Sequence record: OP978391.1
Origin: Escherichia phage HP3.2
Length of the DNA stretch: 64,000 nucleotides
Strand: one strand, 5' to 3'
Each line of letters starts with the position of its first letter. Position 1 is the stretch's first letter. Below are positions 46,375 through 58,385 of this stretch, in pieces. The notes under the pieces were generated by a model that saw only the letters and a program-made list of their open reading frames with translations, searched no databases and was not told the DNA's origin. Made by a program: the position numbers and the translations under genes.

Positions 46375-48085
46375 TAACCTTAATTGGTTTGTTGGTGTTG
46401 TTGAAGATAGAATGGACCCATTAAAATTAGGTCGTGTTCGTGTTCGTGTGGTTGGTCTGCATCCACCTCAAAGAGCACAAGGCGATGTAATGGGTATTCC
46501 AACTGAAAAATTACCATGGATGTCAGTTATTCAACCTATAACTTCTGCAGCAATGTCTGGAATTGGAGGTTCTGTTACTGGACCGGTAGAAGGAACTAGA
46601 GTTTATGGTCATTTTTTAGACAAATGGAAAACTAACGGAATTGTCCTTGGCACGTATGGTGGAATAGTTCGCGAAAAACCGAATAGACTTGAAGGATTTT
46701 CTGACCCAACTGGGCAATATCCTAGACGTTTAGGAAATGATACTAATGTATTAAACCAAGGCGGAGAAGTAGGATATGATTCGTCTTCTAACATTATCCA
46801 AGATAGTAACTTAGACACTGCAATAAATCCCGATGATAGACCACTATCAGAGATTCCAACCGATGATAATCCAAATATGTCAATGGCTGAAATGCTTCGC
46901 CGTGATGAAGGATTAAGATTAAAAGTTTATTGGGATACCGAAGGATATCCGACAATTGGTATTGGTCATCTTATCATGAAGCAGCCAGTTCGTGATATGG
47001 CTCAAATTAATAAAGTTTTATCAAAACAAGTTGGTCGTGAAATTACTGGAAACCCAGGTTCTATTACGATGGAAGAGGCGACGACTTTATTTGAACGTGA
47101 TTTGGCTGATATGCAACGGGACATTAAATCACATTCTAAAGTAGGACCAGTCTGGCAAGCTGTCAACCGTTCTCGTCAAATGGCGTTAGAAAATATGGCA
47201 TTTCAGATGGGTGTTGGTGGTGTAGCTAAATTTAACACAATGTTAACTGCTATGTTAGCAGGAGATTGGGAAAAAGCGTATAAAGCCGGTCGTGATTCAT
47301 TATGGTATCAACAAACAAAAGGCCGTGCATCCCGTGTTACCATGATTATTCTTACGGGAAATTTAGAATCATATGGCGTTGAAGTGAAAACCCCAGCTAG
47401 GTCTCTATCAGCAATGGCTGCTACTGTAGCTAAATCTTCTGACCCTGCTGACCCTCCTATTCCAAATGACTCGAGAATTTTATTCAAAGAACCAGTTTCT
47501 TCATATAAAGGTGAATATCCTTATGTGCATACAATGGAAACTGAAAGTGGACATATTCAGGAATTTGATGATACCCCTGGGCAAGAACGATACAGATTAG
47601 TTCATCCAACTGGAACTTATGAAGAAGTATCACCGTCAGGAAGAAGAACAAGAAAAACTGTTGATAATTTGTATGATATAACCAACGCTGATGGTAATTT
47701 TTTGGTAGCCGGTGATAAAAAGACTAACGTCGGTGGATCAGAAATTTATTACAACATGGATAATCGTCTTCACCAGATAGATGGAAGCAATACAATATTT
47801 GTACGTGGCGACGAAACGAAAACTGTTGAAGGCAATGGAACTATCCTAGTTAAAGGTAATGTTACTATTGTAGTTGAAGGTAATGCTGACATTACAGTTA
47901 AAGGAGATGCTACCACTTTAGTTGAAGGAAATCAAACTAACACAGTAAATGGAAATCTTTCTTGGAAAGTTGCTGGGACAGTTGATTGGGACGTTGGTGG
48001 TGATTGGACAGAAAAAATGGCATCTATGAGTTCTATTTCATCTGGTCAATACACAATTGATGGATCGAGGATTGACATTGGCTAA
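46358..48085 (+). CDS. 5: Baseplate hub and tail lysozyme gp5
   Basis: 575-aa ORF MEMISNNLNWFVGVVEDRMDP...; internal lysozyme domain paralogous to gene e; C-terminal VxGxxxxx beta-helix repeats. Confidence 0.92.
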   Translation: MEMISNNLNWFVGVVEDRMDPLKLGRVRVRVVGLHPPQRAQGDVMGIPTEKLPWMSVIQPITSAAMSGIGGSVTGPVEGTRVYGHFLDKWKTNGIVLGTYGGIVREKPNRLEGFSDPTGQYPRRLGNDTNVLNQGGEVGYDSSSNIIQDSNLDTAINPDDRPLSEIPTDDNPNMSMAEMLRRDEGLRLKVYWDTEGYPTIGIGHLIMKQPVRDMAQINKVLSKQVGREITGNPGSITMEEATTLFERDLADMQRDIKSHSKVGPVWQAVNRSRQMALENMAFQMGVGGVAKFNTMLTAMLAGDWEKAYKAGRDSLWYQQTKGRASRVTMIILTGNLESYGVEVKTPARSLSAMAATVAKSSDPADPPIPNDSRILFKEPVSSYKGEYPYVHTMETESGHIQEFDDTPGQERYRLVHPTGTYEEVSPSGRRTRKTVDNLYDITNADGNFLVAGDKKTNVGGSEIYYNMDNRLHQIDGSNTIFVRGDETKTVEGNGTILVKGNVTIVVEGNADITVKGDATTLVEGNQTNTVNGNLSWKVAGTVDWDVGGDWTEKMASMSSISSGQYTIDGSRIDIG

Positions 48086-48095
48086 TATACTTCCA

Positions 48096-48614
48096 ATGAG
48101 CGCTGATTTAGGAGAATCCATGGAAGGTTCTTCTATCGACGTCACCTTTACCGCTCAATTAGAAACAGGTGAAACGTTAGTATCTATAAATATAACTAGT
48201 TACGAAGAAACTCCTGGGGTTTTAGTAGAAGAAAATCGCTTATACGGAACATATGAATCTGTGTTTGGATTTGGAAATGACGCGTTGAAATATCGTTTAG
48301 GCGATGAATTTAAAACTGCTGCTTCATGGGAAGAACTTCCTACTGATTCTGATACTCAGTTGTATTTATGGAAAGCTCCTCAAAACCTCCAGAAGACATT
48401 CACTTACGAAGTAACATTAATATATGACTACCAAGAACAAAGTGAATCTGGAGGTTCTGGCAGTAATTCTAGGTCATCTTCTGATACTACTGAACCGACA
48501 GATCCTCCTGCTCCAGTAAGAAAAACTCTCGTTAAAAATTATACTAAAACTATAGTTGGAAATTGGAGTCGTTGGGCTAATAAATTAAGAAGCTATGTGT
48601 ATGAGAGGTCATAG
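48096..48614 (+). CDS. Hypothetical protein, positional equivalent of T4 5.1
   Basis: ORF 48057..48614; start moved to the first ATG after the gene 5 stop. Confidence 0.5.
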
Positions 48615-48908
48615 ATGTCAGGATTAAGTTATGATAAGTGTGTTACTGCCGGCCATGAAGCATGGCCTCCAACAGTTGTGAATGCTACACAAAGTAAAGT
48701 ATTCACTGGAGGAATTGCTGTTCTCGTAGCAGGTGATCCAATTACAGAACATACAGAAATTAAAAAGCCATATGAAACACATGGCGGAGTGACACAACCT
48801 AGAACTTCTAAGGTATATGTCACTGGAAAGAAAGCGGTTCAAATGGCTGATCCAATATCATGCGGTGATACTGTGGCTCAGGCATCATCTAAAGTATTCA
48901 TTAAATAG
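48615..48908 (+). CDS. 5.4: PAAR-repeat spike-tip protein gp5.4
   Basis: 97-aa ORF in the T4 gp5.4 position and size. Confidence 0.7.
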
Positions 48909-48916
48909 GATTTAAA

Positions 48917-50899
48917 ATGGCAAATACCCCTGTAAATTATCAATTAACAAGAACAGCAAATGCTATTCCCGAGATATTCGTCGGGGGTACGTTTGCTGAA
49001 ATAAAACAAAACCTCATTGAATGGCTTAATGGCCAAAATGAATTTTTGGATTATGATTTTGAAGGCTCAAGATTAAACGTTCTGTGTGACCTTTTGGCTT
49101 ATAATACATTGTACATTCAGCAGTTTGGTAATGCTGCTGTGTATGAAAGCTTTATGCGTACTGCTAACTTACGAAGTTCAGTTGTTCAAGCTGCACAAGA
49201 TAACGGATATTTACCTACTTCAAAATCCGCTGCGCAGACCGAAATTATGTTAACATGCACCGACGCATTGAATAGGAATTACATTACTATTCCTCGCGGA
49301 ACTCGCTTTTTAGCATATGCAAAAGATACTTCTGTTAATCCATATAACTTCGTTTCTACCGAAGACGTTATTGCTATTCGTGATAAAAATAACCAATATT
49401 TTCCGCGTTTAAAATTGGCCCAGGGACGTATAGTAAGAACTGAAATCATTTATGATAAATTAACACCTATTATCATTTATGATAAAAATATTGATAGAAA
49501 CCAGGTTAAATTATATGTTGATGGAGCGGAATGGATTAACTGGACGAGAAAGTCAATGGTTCATGCTGGTTCAACATCAACGATTTACTATATGCGTGAA
49601 ACTATTGATGGAAACACTGAATTCTATTTTGGTGAAGGTGAAATTTCTGTTAATGCTTCTGAAGGAGCTTTAACTGCCAATTATATCGGAGGTCTTAAAC
49701 CTACTCAGAACTCTACGATTGTTATTGAGTACATCAGTACTAATGGTGCTGACGCGAACGGAGCAGTCGGATTTTCATACGCAGATACATTAACAAATAT
49801 AACTGTCATCAATATTAATGAAAATCCAAACGATGACCCAGATTTTGTTGGGGCAGATGGCGGCGGTGATCCAGAAGATATTGAGCGTATCCGCGAATTG
49901 GGTACTATTAAACGCGAAACCCAGCAACGCTGCGTAACTGCGACTGACTATGATACATTCGTTTCAGAGAGATTTGGTTCTATTATTCAAGCAGTTCAGA
50001 CTTTCACTGATTCTACTAAACCTGGTTATGCATTTATTGCTGCTAAACCTAAATCAGGTCTGTATTTAACTACTGTACAGCGCGAAGATATTAAAAATTA
50101 TCTCAAAGACTATAATTTAGCTCCTATTACGCCATCAATTATTTCTCCTAATTATCTTTTTATTAAGACTAATTTAAAAGTCACATATGCTTTAAATAAG
50201 CTGCAAGAATCCGAACAGTGGCTCGAAGGTCAAATAATTGATAAAATTGATCGTTATTATACCGAAGATGTAGAAATTTTTAACTCGTCTTTCGCTAAAT
50301 CTAAGATGTTAACTTATGTAGATGATGCAGATCATTCTGTCATTGGTTCATCAGCGACTATTCAAATGGTTCGTGAAGTACAAAACTTCTATAAAACACC
50401 TGAAGCAGGTATTAAATACAATAATCAAATAAAAGATCGTTCTATGGAATCTAATACGTTTTCATTTAATTCTGGACGAAAGGTTGTAAATCCTGATACT
50501 GGTTTAGAAGAAGATGTATTATATGATGTTCGTATAGTATCAACAGACCGAGATTCTAAAGGAATTGGTAAAGTTATTATTGGTCCATTTGCTTCTGGCG
50601 ATGTTACAGAAAATGAAAACATTCAGCCATATACAGGCAATGATTTTAATAAATTAGCAAATTCTGATGGACGCGACAAATACTATGTTATCGGTGAAAT
50701 AAATTATCCGGCTGACATGATTTATTGGAATATCGCTAAAATTAATTTAACATCTGAAAAATTTGAGGTTCAGACTATTGAATTATATTCTGACCCAACC
50801 GATGATGTTATCTTTACCCGTGATGGTTCACTGATTGTATTTGAAAATGATTTACGTCCGCAATACTTAACTATCGATTTGGAGCCTATATCACAATGA
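48917..50899 (+). CDS. 6: Baseplate wedge protein gp6
   Basis: 660-aa ORF, T4 gene 6 size and order. Confidence 0.85.
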   Translation: MANTPVNYQLTRTANAIPEIFVGGTFAEIKQNLIEWLNGQNEFLDYDFEGSRLNVLCDLLAYNTLYIQQFGNAAVYESFMRTANLRSSVVQAAQDNGYLPTSKSAAQTEIMLTCTDALNRNYITIPRGTRFLAYAKDTSVNPYNFVSTEDVIAIRDKNNQYFPRLKLAQGRIVRTEIIYDKLTPIIIYDKNIDRNQVKLYVDGAEWINWTRKSMVHAGSTSTIYYMRETIDGNTEFYFGEGEISVNASEGALTANYIGGLKPTQNSTIVIEYISTNGADANGAVGFSYADTLTNITVININENPNDDPDFVGADGGGDPEDIERIRELGTIKRETQQRCVTATDYDTFVSERFGSIIQAVQTFTDSTKPGYAFIAAKPKSGLYLTTVQREDIKNYLKDYNLAPITPSIISPNYLFIKTNLKVTYALNKLQESEQWLEGQIIDKIDRYYTEDVEIFNSSFAKSKMLTYVDDADHSVIGSSATIQMVREVQNFYKTPEAGIKYNNQIKDRSMESNTFSFNSGRKVVNPDTGLEEDVLYDVRIVSTDRDSKGIGKVIIGPFASGDVTENENIQPYTGNDFNKLANSDGRDKYYVIGEINYPADMIYWNIAKINLTSEKFEVQTIELYSDPTDDVIFTRDGSLIVFENDLRPQYLTIDLEPISQ

Positions 50900-53800
50900 C
50901 AGTAAAAGCACCTTCAGTCACTAGTCTCAGAATTTCCAAGTTATCCGCAAATCAGATGCAAGTACGCTGGGATGACGTTGGTGCTAATTTCTACTATTTT
51001 GTAGAAATCGCTGAGACAAAAACAGACTCGGGGGAAAATCTCCCGAGTGATCAATATCGTTGGATTAATTTAGGATATACAGCAAACAATAGTTTCTTTT
51101 TTGATGATGCTGATCCACTAACATCATACATCATTAGAGTAGCTACAGCTGCACAAGATTTTGAGCAATCTGATTGGGTTTATACGGAAGAGTTTGAAAC
51201 TTTTGCTACGAATGCTTACACATTTCAAAACATGATTGAAATGCAATTAGCCAATAAATTCATTCAGGAAAAGTTTACTCTTAACAATTCTAATTATGTC
51301 AATTTTAATAATGACACTATAATGGCTGCATTGATGAATGAATCATTTCAATTCAGCCCATCGTATGTTGATGTTTCATCAATAAGTAATTTTATTATTG
51401 GTGAAAATGAGTATCATGAAATACAAGGTTCTATTCAGCAAGTATGTAAGGATATTAACCGAGTTTATTTGATGGAATCAGAAGGAATTCTATATCTTTT
51501 TGAGCGCTATCAACCTGTAGTTAAAGTATCCAATGATAAAGGACAAACCTGGAAAGCCGTAAAGCTCTTCAATGACCGTGTAGGATATCCTTTATCTAAG
51601 ACAGTATATTACCAATCTGCGAACACAACATACGTTCTAGGATACGACAAGATTTTCTATGGCCGTAAATCGACTGACGTTAGATGGTCAGCAGATGATG
51701 TCAGATTCAGTTCGCAGGATATAACATTTGCTAAACTTGGCGACCAGTTACATTTAGGATTTGATGTAGAAATCTTTGGTACTTATGCGACTTTACCAGC
51801 GAATGTATATCGTATAGCTGAAGCCATTACTTGTACGGATGATTATATCTATGTTGTTGCCAGAGATAAAGTTAGATATATAAAAACGAGCAATGCACCT
51901 ATAGATTCTGATCCATTATCTCCAACATATTCAGAAAGGCTATTTGAACCTGATACAATGACTATAACTGGAAATCCTAAAGCAGTATGCTATAAAATGG
52001 ATTCTATTGGTGATAAAGTTTTTGCTCTTATTATCGGTGAAGTTGAAACATTAAATGCTAATCCTAGAACGTCAAAAATAATTGATTCTGCTGATAAAGG
52101 AATATATGTTTTAAATCATGACACAAAAACGTGGAAAAGAGTTTTTGGCAACACTGAAGAAGAAAGAAGACGTATTCAACCTGGGTATGCGAATATGTCA
52201 ACTGATGGTAAATTAGTTTCTCTATCTTCGAGTAATTTTAAATTTTTAAATGATAACGTTGTTAATGACCCTGAAACTGTAGCAAAATATCAGTTAATCG
52301 GTGCCGTTAAATATGAATTTCCTCGTGAATGGTTAGCTGATAAGCATTATCATATGATGGCATTTATAGCAGATGAAAAGTCTGATTGGGAAACTTTTAC
52401 GCCTCAGCCAATGAAATACTATGCAGAACCATTCTTTAACTGGTCTAAAAAGTCTAATACACGGTGCTGGATAAACAACTCTAATAGAGCTGTAGTAGTT
52501 TATGCTGATTTAAAATACACTAAAGTTATAGAAAATATTCCGGAAACATCACCAGATAGATTAGTTCATGAATACTGGGATGATGGTGATTGTACGATAG
52601 TAATGCCAAATGTTAAATTCACGGGATTTAAAAAATATGCGTCTGGGATGCTTTTTTATAAATCTTCTGGTGAAATAATTTCTTATTATGATTTTAACTA
52701 TCGTGTGAGAGATACAGTAGAAATTATTTGGAAGCCGACTGGAGTATTTTTAAAAGCATTTTTACAAAACCAAGAGCATGAGACTCCTTGGTCGCCAGAA
52801 GAAGAGCATGGATTAGCTGACCCTGATTTAAGACCATTAATTGGCACAATGATGCCTGATTCTTATTTGTTGCAGGATTCGAATTTTGAGGCATTTTGTG
52901 AAGCATATATTCAATATCTTTCTGACGGATACGGAACTCAGTATAATAATTTACGAAATTTAATTCGTAATCAGTATCCACGAGAAGAGCATGCGTGGGA
53001 ATATTTGTGGTCAGAGATATATAAAAGAAACATTTATTTAAATGCTGACAAACGTGATGCTGTTGCAAGATTTTTTGAATCACGTAGTTATGATTTTTAT
53101 TCTACTAAAGGAATTGAAGCATCATACAAATTTCTTTTTAAAGTTCTTTATAATGAAGAAGTTGAAATTGAAATTGAATCTGGGGCTGGTACTGAATATG
53201 ACATAATCGTTCAATCTGATTCTTTGACTGAAGATTTAGTAGGACAAACGATTTATACAGCCACAGGAAGATGTAATGTTACTTATATAGAAAGAAGTTA
53301 TTCTAATGGTAAATTGCAATGGACCGTAACTATTCATAATCTTTTGGGAAGATTAATTGCTGGTCAAGAAGTTAAAGCAGAAAGACTCCCTAGTTTTGAA
53401 GGCGAAATTATTCGTGGAGTTAAAGGAAAGGATTTGCTTCAAAACAATATAGACTATATTAATAGAAGTAGATCATACTATGTAATGAAAATTAAATCCA
53501 ATTTACCTTCTTCCCGCTGGAAATCTGACGTTATTCGTTTTGTTCATCCAGTAGGATTTGGATTTATAGCAATTACCCTTTTAACGATGTTTATTAATGT
53601 TGGTTTAACTCTTAAACATACAGAGACTATAATTAATAAATACAAAAACTATAAATGGGATTCTGGATTGCCTACTGAATATGCTGATAGAGTAGCTAAA
53701 TTAACTCCAACCGGTGAAATTGAGTATGATTCAGTAACAGGCGAAGCAATTTATGAGCCTGGCCCAATGGCTGGTGTAGAATATCCTCTTCCTGATGACT

Positions 53801-53994
53801 ATAATGCTGAAAATAATAATTCAATATTTCAAGGTCAATTGCCGTCTGAACGACGTAAATTAATGAGTCCCCTATTTGATGCTTCTGGAACAACATTTGC
53901 GCAATTTAGGGATTTAGTTAATAAACGTCTAAAAGATAATATAGGAAATCCAAGAGACCCTGAAAATCCAACACAGGTTAAAATAGATGAATGA
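50896..53994 (+). CDS. 7: Baseplate wedge protein gp7
   Basis: 1032-aa ORF, T4 gene 7 size and order; ATGA overlap with gene 6. Confidence 0.85.
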   Translation: MTVKAPSVTSLRISKLSANQMQVRWDDVGANFYYFVEIAETKTDSGENLPSDQYRWINLGYTANNSFFFDDADPLTSYIIRVATAAQDFEQSDWVYTEEFETFATNAYTFQNMIEMQLANKFIQEKFTLNNSNYVNFNNDTIMAALMNESFQFSPSYVDVSSISNFIIGENEYHEIQGSIQQVCKDINRVYLMESEGILYLFERYQPVVKVSNDKGQTWKAVKLFNDRVGYPLSKTVYYQSANTTYVLGYDKIFYGRKSTDVRWSADDVRFSSQDITFAKLGDQLHLGFDVEIFGTYATLPANVYRIAEAITCTDDYIYVVARDKVRYIKTSNAPIDSDPLSPTYSERLFEPDTMTITGNPKAVCYKMDSIGDKVFALIIGEVETLNANPRTSKIIDSADKGIYVLNHDTKTWKRVFGNTEEERRRIQPGYANMSTDGKLVSLSSSNFKFLNDNVVNDPETVAKYQLIGAVKYEFPREWLADKHYHMMAFIADEKSDWETFTPQPMKYYAEPFFNWSKKSNTRCWINNSNRAVVVYADLKYTKVIENIPETSPDRLVHEYWDDGDCTIVMPNVKFTGFKKYASGMLFYKSSGEIISYYDFNYRVRDTVEIIWKPTGVFLKAFLQNQEHETPWSPEEEHGLADPDLRPLIGTMMPDSYLLQDSNFEAFCEAYIQYLSDGYGTQYNNLRNLIRNQYPREEHAWEYLWSEIYKRNIYLNADKRDAVARFFESRSYDFYSTKGIEASYKFLFKVLYNEEVEIEIESGAGTEYDIIVQSDSLTEDLVGQTIYTATGRCNVTYIERSYSNGKLQWTVTIHNLLGRLIAGQEVKAERLPSFEGEIIRGVKGKDLLQNNIDYINRSRSYYVMKIKSNLPSSRWKSDVIRFVHPVGFGFIAITLLTMFINVGLTLKHTETIINKYKNYKWDSGLPTEYADRVAKLTPTGEIEYDSVTGEAIYEPGPMAGVEYPLPDDYNAENNNSIFQGQLPSERRKLMSPLFDASGTTFAQFRDLVNKRLKDNIGNPRDPENPTQVKIDE

Positions 53995-54991
53995 TTCAAG
54001 TGTTATCTATCGTGCGATAGTTACTTCAAAATTTAGAACAGAAAAAATGCTGAATTTTTATAATTCAATTGGAAGTGGTCCGGATAAAAACACTATCTTT
54101 ATCACATTTGGAAGATCAGAACCGTGGTCATCAAATGAAAATGAGGTGGGCTTTGCCCCACCTTATCCAACCGATTCTGTATTAGGCGTAACTGACATGT
54201 GGACGCATATGATGGGAACAGTAAAAGTTCTTCCATCAATGCTTGATGCTGTTATTCCTCGCAGAGATTGGGGAGATACTAGATATCCGGATCCATACAC
54301 ATTTAGAATTAACGATATTGTAGTGTGTAACTCAGCTCCTTACAACGCTACTGAATCAGGCGCAGGCTGGTTAGTATATCGTTGTTTAGATGTTCCTGAT
54401 ACCGGAATGTGTTCAATAGCATCTTTAACTAATAAGGATGAATGCCTCAAATTAGGCGGAAAATGGACTCCTTCTGTTAGGTCAATGACTCCTCCTGAAG
54501 GTCGAGGAGATGCGGAAGGAACAATCGAACCTGGAGACGGATATGTTTGGGAATATCTTTTTGAGATTCCGCCCGATGTATCTATAAATAGATGCACAAA
54601 TGAATATATCGTAGTTCCTTGGCCTGAGGAATTAAAAGAAGACCCAACTAGATGGGGGTATGAAGATAATCTCACTTGGCAACAAGATGATTTTGGATTA
54701 ATTTACCGGGTTAAGGCAAATACTATCCGTTTTAAAGCATATTTAGATTCAGTTTACTTTCCTGATGCTGCATTGCCAGGAAATAAAGGATTTAGACAAA
54801 TATCAATAATCACAAATCCTCTTGAAGCTAAAGCTCATCCAAATGACCCAAATGTTAAAGCTGAAAAGGATTATTATGATCCAGAAGATTTAATGAGGCA
54901 TTCGGGCGAAATGATTTATATGGAAAATAGGCCACCTATTATCATGGCAATGGATCAGACAGAAGAAATCAATATTCTGTTTACATTTTAA
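53987..54991 (+). CDS. 8: Baseplate wedge protein gp8
   Basis: 334-aa ORF. Confidence 0.85.
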   Translation: MNDSSVIYRAIVTSKFRTEKMLNFYNSIGSGPDKNTIFITFGRSEPWSSNENEVGFAPPYPTDSVLGVTDMWTHMMGTVKVLPSMLDAVIPRRDWGDTRYPDPYTFRINDIVVCNSAPYNATESGAGWLVYRCLDVPDTGMCSIASLTNKDECLKLGGKWTPSVRSMTPPEGRGDAEGTIEPGDGYVWEYLFEIPPDVSINRCTNEYIVVPWPEELKEDPTRWGYEDNLTWQQDDFGLIYRVKANTIRFKAYLDSVYFPDAALPGNKGFRQISIITNPLEAKAHPNDPNVKAEKDYYDPEDLMRHSGEMIYMENRPPIIMAMDQTEEINILFTF

Positions 54992-54996
54992 ATTAA

Positions 54997-55019
54997 GGGA
55001 GCCCATGGGCTCCCTTTTT
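54997..55019 (+). terminator. Rho-independent terminator after gene 8
   Basis: GGGAGCCCATGGGCTCCC followed by TTTTT. Confidence 0.65.
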
Positions 55020-55022
55020 CTT

Positions 55023-55030
55023 TATAAATA
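55023..55030 (+). promoter_or_regulatory. T4 late promoter (TATAAATA) for gene 9
   Basis: Exact TATAAATA about 25 nt upstream of the gene 9 ATG. Confidence 0.65.
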
Positions 55031-55054
55031 CTATAAACTCATAAGGAAACCGCT

Positions 55055-55921
55055 ATGTTCATTCAAGAACCAAAGAAATTGATTGATACCGGCGAAATTG
55101 GTAACGCTTCTACTGGTGATATCTTATTCGACGGTGGTAATAAAATTAATAGTGATTTTAACGCAATTTATAATGCGTTTGGCGATCAGCGTAAAATGGC
55201 AGTAGCAAATGGCACTGGAGCAGATGGTCAAATTATCCATGCTACTGGATATTATCAAAAGCACTCTATCGCGGAGTACGCAACTCCAGTGAAAGTTGGC
55301 ACTAGACATGATATTGATACCTCTACTGTAGGTGTTAAAGTTATTATTGAAAGAGGAGAACTTGGCGATTGTGTTGAATTCATTAACTCTAATGGATCAA
55401 TATCAGTTACTAATCCTTTAACGATTCAGGCTATTGATTCAATTAAAGGCGTTTCAGGTAATTTAGTAGTAACTAGTCCATATAGTAAAGTTACTTTACG
55501 TTGTATTTCATCTGATAATTCTACGTCGGTTTGGAATTATTCTATTGAAAGTATGTTTGGTCAAAAGGAATCACCGGCCGAAGGTACATGGAATATTTCT
55601 ACATCTGGGTCAGTTGACATTCCATTGTTTCATCGTACTGAATATAACATGGCTAAATTGTTAGTTACATGCCAATCAGTAGATGGAAGAAAAATTAAAA
55701 CGGCAGAAATAAATATTCTTGTAGATACTGTTAATTCAGCGGTCATTTCTTCTGAATATGCTGTCATGCGGGTTGGAAATGAAACAGAAGAAGACGAAAT
55801 CGCTAATATTGCATTTAGTATTAAAGAAAATTATGTAACGGCAACTATAAGTTCTTCAACTGTCGGTATGAGAGCAGCAGTTAAAGTTATCGCTACGCAG
55901 AAAATCGGGGTGGCTCAATAA
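55055..55921 (+). CDS. 9: Baseplate protein gp9 (long-tail-fibre socket)
   Basis: 288-aa ORF. Confidence 0.85.
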   Translation: MFIQEPKKLIDTGEIGNASTGDILFDGGNKINSDFNAIYNAFGDQRKMAVANGTGADGQIIHATGYYQKHSIAEYATPVKVGTRHDIDTSTVGVKVIIERGELGDCVEFINSNGSISVTNPLTIQAIDSIKGVSGNLVVTSPYSKVTLRCISSDNSTSVWNYSIESMFGQKESPAEGTWNISTSGSVDIPLFHRTEYNMAKLLVTCQSVDGRKIKTAEINILVDTVNSAVISSEYAVMRVGNETEEDEIANIAFSIKENYVTATISSSTVGMRAAVKVIATQKIGVAQ

Positions 55922-57726
55922 TGAAACAAAATATTAATATCGGTAATGTTGTTGATGATGGTACCGGTGACTACCTGCGTAAAGGTGGTATAAAAATAAA
56001 TGAAAACTTTGATGAACTTTATTATGAACTTGGCGATGGAGATGTTCCATATTCAGCCGGTGCCTGGAAAACTTATAATGCTTCATCCGGTCAAACATTA
56101 AAAGCTAAGTGGGGAAAATCATACGCTATTAATACCTCTTCTGGAAGAGTAACTTTACAACTTCCTAAAGGAACTGTTAATGATTATAATAAAGTAATTA
56201 GAGCTAGGGATGTATTTGCAACATGGAACATTAATCCAGTTACTTTAGTAGCTGCTTCTGGGGATACAATTAAAGGGTCGTCATCGTCAGTTGAAATTAA
56301 TATTCAATTTAGTGATTTAGAGCTCGTTTATTGTGCTCCAGGACGTTGGGAATATGTCAAAAACAAACAAATTGACAAAATTATTAGTTCAGATATTAGT
56401 AATGTAGCACGTAAAGAATTTTTAGTCGAAGTTCAAGGACAAACAGACTTTTTAGATGTTTTCCGCGGAACTAGCTATAATGTTAATAACATCCGAGTAA
56501 AACACCGTGGTAATGAATTATATTACGGCGATGTATTTAGTGAAAACAGTGACTTTGGCTCTCCTGGGGAAAATGAAGGAGAATTGATTCCTCTTGATGG
56601 ATTTAATATTAGGTTAAGACAGCCTTGTAATATTGGTGACACTGTTCAAATTGAAACATTTATGGATGGTATATCACAATGGAGAAGTTCATATACAAGA
56701 CGCCAAATAAAAGTATTAGATTCAAAATTAACGTCAAAAACTTCTTTAGAAGGAAGTATTTACGTTACTGATTTATCAACAATGAAATCAATTCCATTCT
56801 CTGCATTTGGATTAATTCCTGGAGAACCTATTAATCCTAATTCTCTTGAAGTTCGTTTTAATGGAATTTTACAACAACAAGCTGGAACAGCAGGATATCC
56901 TCTGTTTTTGTGTGAAGGTGCTAACTCAGATACGCAAGCAGGATGTATATCTCTTGGTGGTGAATGGAAAGAATCTAACACAGATTATTCTATAGAATAT
57001 GAAGATGGAAAACCTGTTAGTCTTTTATTTGATAGAAAATTTGAATCAGGTGATATAATCGTTATAACGTGGTTCAATAATGATTTAGGAACTCTTTTAG
57101 AAAAAGATGACATCATTGAATTAACGGATGACCGTTATGTTAGTAAAGGATCATCTACCGAAGTTACTGGTGATGTAGCCTTAACAGATTTTGATAAAAT
57201 CGGTTGGCCAAATGTTGAAAAAGTTGATTCTTATACTAGAACGTATAATTCAATATCATCTATTTTCGATAGCATTTATCCTGTAGGTTCAATTTATGAA
57301 AATGCTATAAATCCAAATAATCCGGTGACTTATATGGGATTTGGTTCATGGAAATTATTTGGTAAAGGACAAGTTTTAGTAGGATGGAATGATGATGTTA
57401 CGGATCCAAACTTTGCTTTAAACAATAATGATTTAGATTCTAGCGGAAATCCTTCACATACTGCCGGTGGAACAGTTGGAACAACATCGGTGACACTTGA
57501 GAACGCAAATCTTCCTGCGACTAAAACTGATGAAAAAGTTTTAATTGAAGATGAAAACGGATCAGTTATTATTGGAGGTTGTCAATATGACCCAGACGAA
57601 ACTGGTCCTATATATACAAAATATCGTGAAGACTACGCAACAACAAACTCTTCACATACTCCTCCTACTAATATTAGTAATATTCAACCGTCTATTACTG
57701 TATACCGTTGGATAAGGATTGCATAA
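55921..57726 (+). CDS. 10: Baseplate wedge protein gp10
   Basis: 601-aa ORF. Confidence 0.85.
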   Translation: MKQNINIGNVVDDGTGDYLRKGGIKINENFDELYYELGDGDVPYSAGAWKTYNASSGQTLKAKWGKSYAINTSSGRVTLQLPKGTVNDYNKVIRARDVFATWNINPVTLVAASGDTIKGSSSSVEINIQFSDLELVYCAPGRWEYVKNKQIDKIISSDISNVARKEFLVEVQGQTDFLDVFRGTSYNVNNIRVKHRGNELYYGDVFSENSDFGSPGENEGELIPLDGFNIRLRQPCNIGDTVQIETFMDGISQWRSSYTRRQIKVLDSKLTSKTSLEGSIYVTDLSTMKSIPFSAFGLIPGEPINPNSLEVRFNGILQQQAGTAGYPLFLCEGANSDTQAGCISLGGEWKESNTDYSIEYEDGKPVSLLFDRKFESGDIIVITWFNNDLGTLLEKDDIIELTDDRYVSKGSSTEVTGDVALTDFDKIGWPNVEKVDSYTRTYNSISSIFDSIYPVGSIYENAINPNNPVTYMGFGSWKLFGKGQVLVGWNDDVTDPNFALNNNDLDSSGNPSHTAGGTVGTTSVTLENANLPATKTDEKVLIEDENGSVIIGGCQYDPDETGPIYTKYREDYATTNSSHTPPTNISNIQPSITVYRWIRIA

Positions 57727-58385
57727 TGAGTTTACTTAATAATAAAGCGGGAGTTATTTCCCGCTTAGCAGATTTTCTTGGTTTTAGAACTAAGAAAAAT
57801 GATATTTCGGTTATGAATAATCAGCCAGTAGGCGCTGTAACAATTTCACAAATAGCAAAAGGTTTTTATGACCCGAATGTAGAATCTGCTATCAATGATG
57901 TTAGAAATATGGCAGAGCAACCGGTTGGAGCTGTATTAGTTAATATAAGCGGCGTATCTCCTACTGGCGTGCAACAAACCGACTATTGGTCATTTGAAGG
58001 AACTGTTACTGATACTTCAGTCAAATCAGGTGACCCAGTTATTGTTAACATGTTTGGTATTCCAGTTAAAGCTACTAATGGAATGACTTCAATTGAATTT
58101 ACTAGTGCCGTTAGAATAGCTCTACAGGAAATGGTTGTAAAATTTATTGCAATTGATTCATTTGAAGACCATCCTACCATAGGAAATAAAATACAAGTTA
58201 AGTATTTAGATAACCAAGAACATATCTTAGAACAATACTCTGATAAAGGAATTACTTTCAAACAGGAAATAATTTCTCCTTCTAAACCTGGGTATGGAAC
58301 TTGGCAATTATTAGGTGCGCAAACTGTTACGCTAGATAGTCACACACAACCTACAGTATTTTATTATTTTGAGAGAGTAGCATGA
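57726..58385 (+). CDS. 11: Baseplate protein gp11 (short-tail-fibre attachment)
   Basis: ORF 57708..58385; start taken at [17 protein letters not shown] (219 aa), TAATG overlap with gene 10. Confidence 0.8.
   Translation: MSLLNNKAGVISRLADFLGFRTKKNDISVMNNQPVGAVTISQIAKGFYDPNVESAINDVRNMAEQPVGAVLVNISGVSPTGVQQTDYWSFEGTVTDTSVKSGDPVIVNMFGIPVKATNGMTSIEFTSAVRIALQEMVVKFIAIDSFEDHPTIGNKIQVKYLDNQEHILEQYSDKGITFKQEIISPSKPGYGTWQLLGAQTVTLDSHTQPTVFYYFERVA

Noticed and set aside
48057-48095. Start of the 5.1 ORF at 48057 inside gene 5
   Set aside because: It would overlap the last 29 nt of gene 5; the first ATG after the gene 5 stop (48096) is preferred, though not proven
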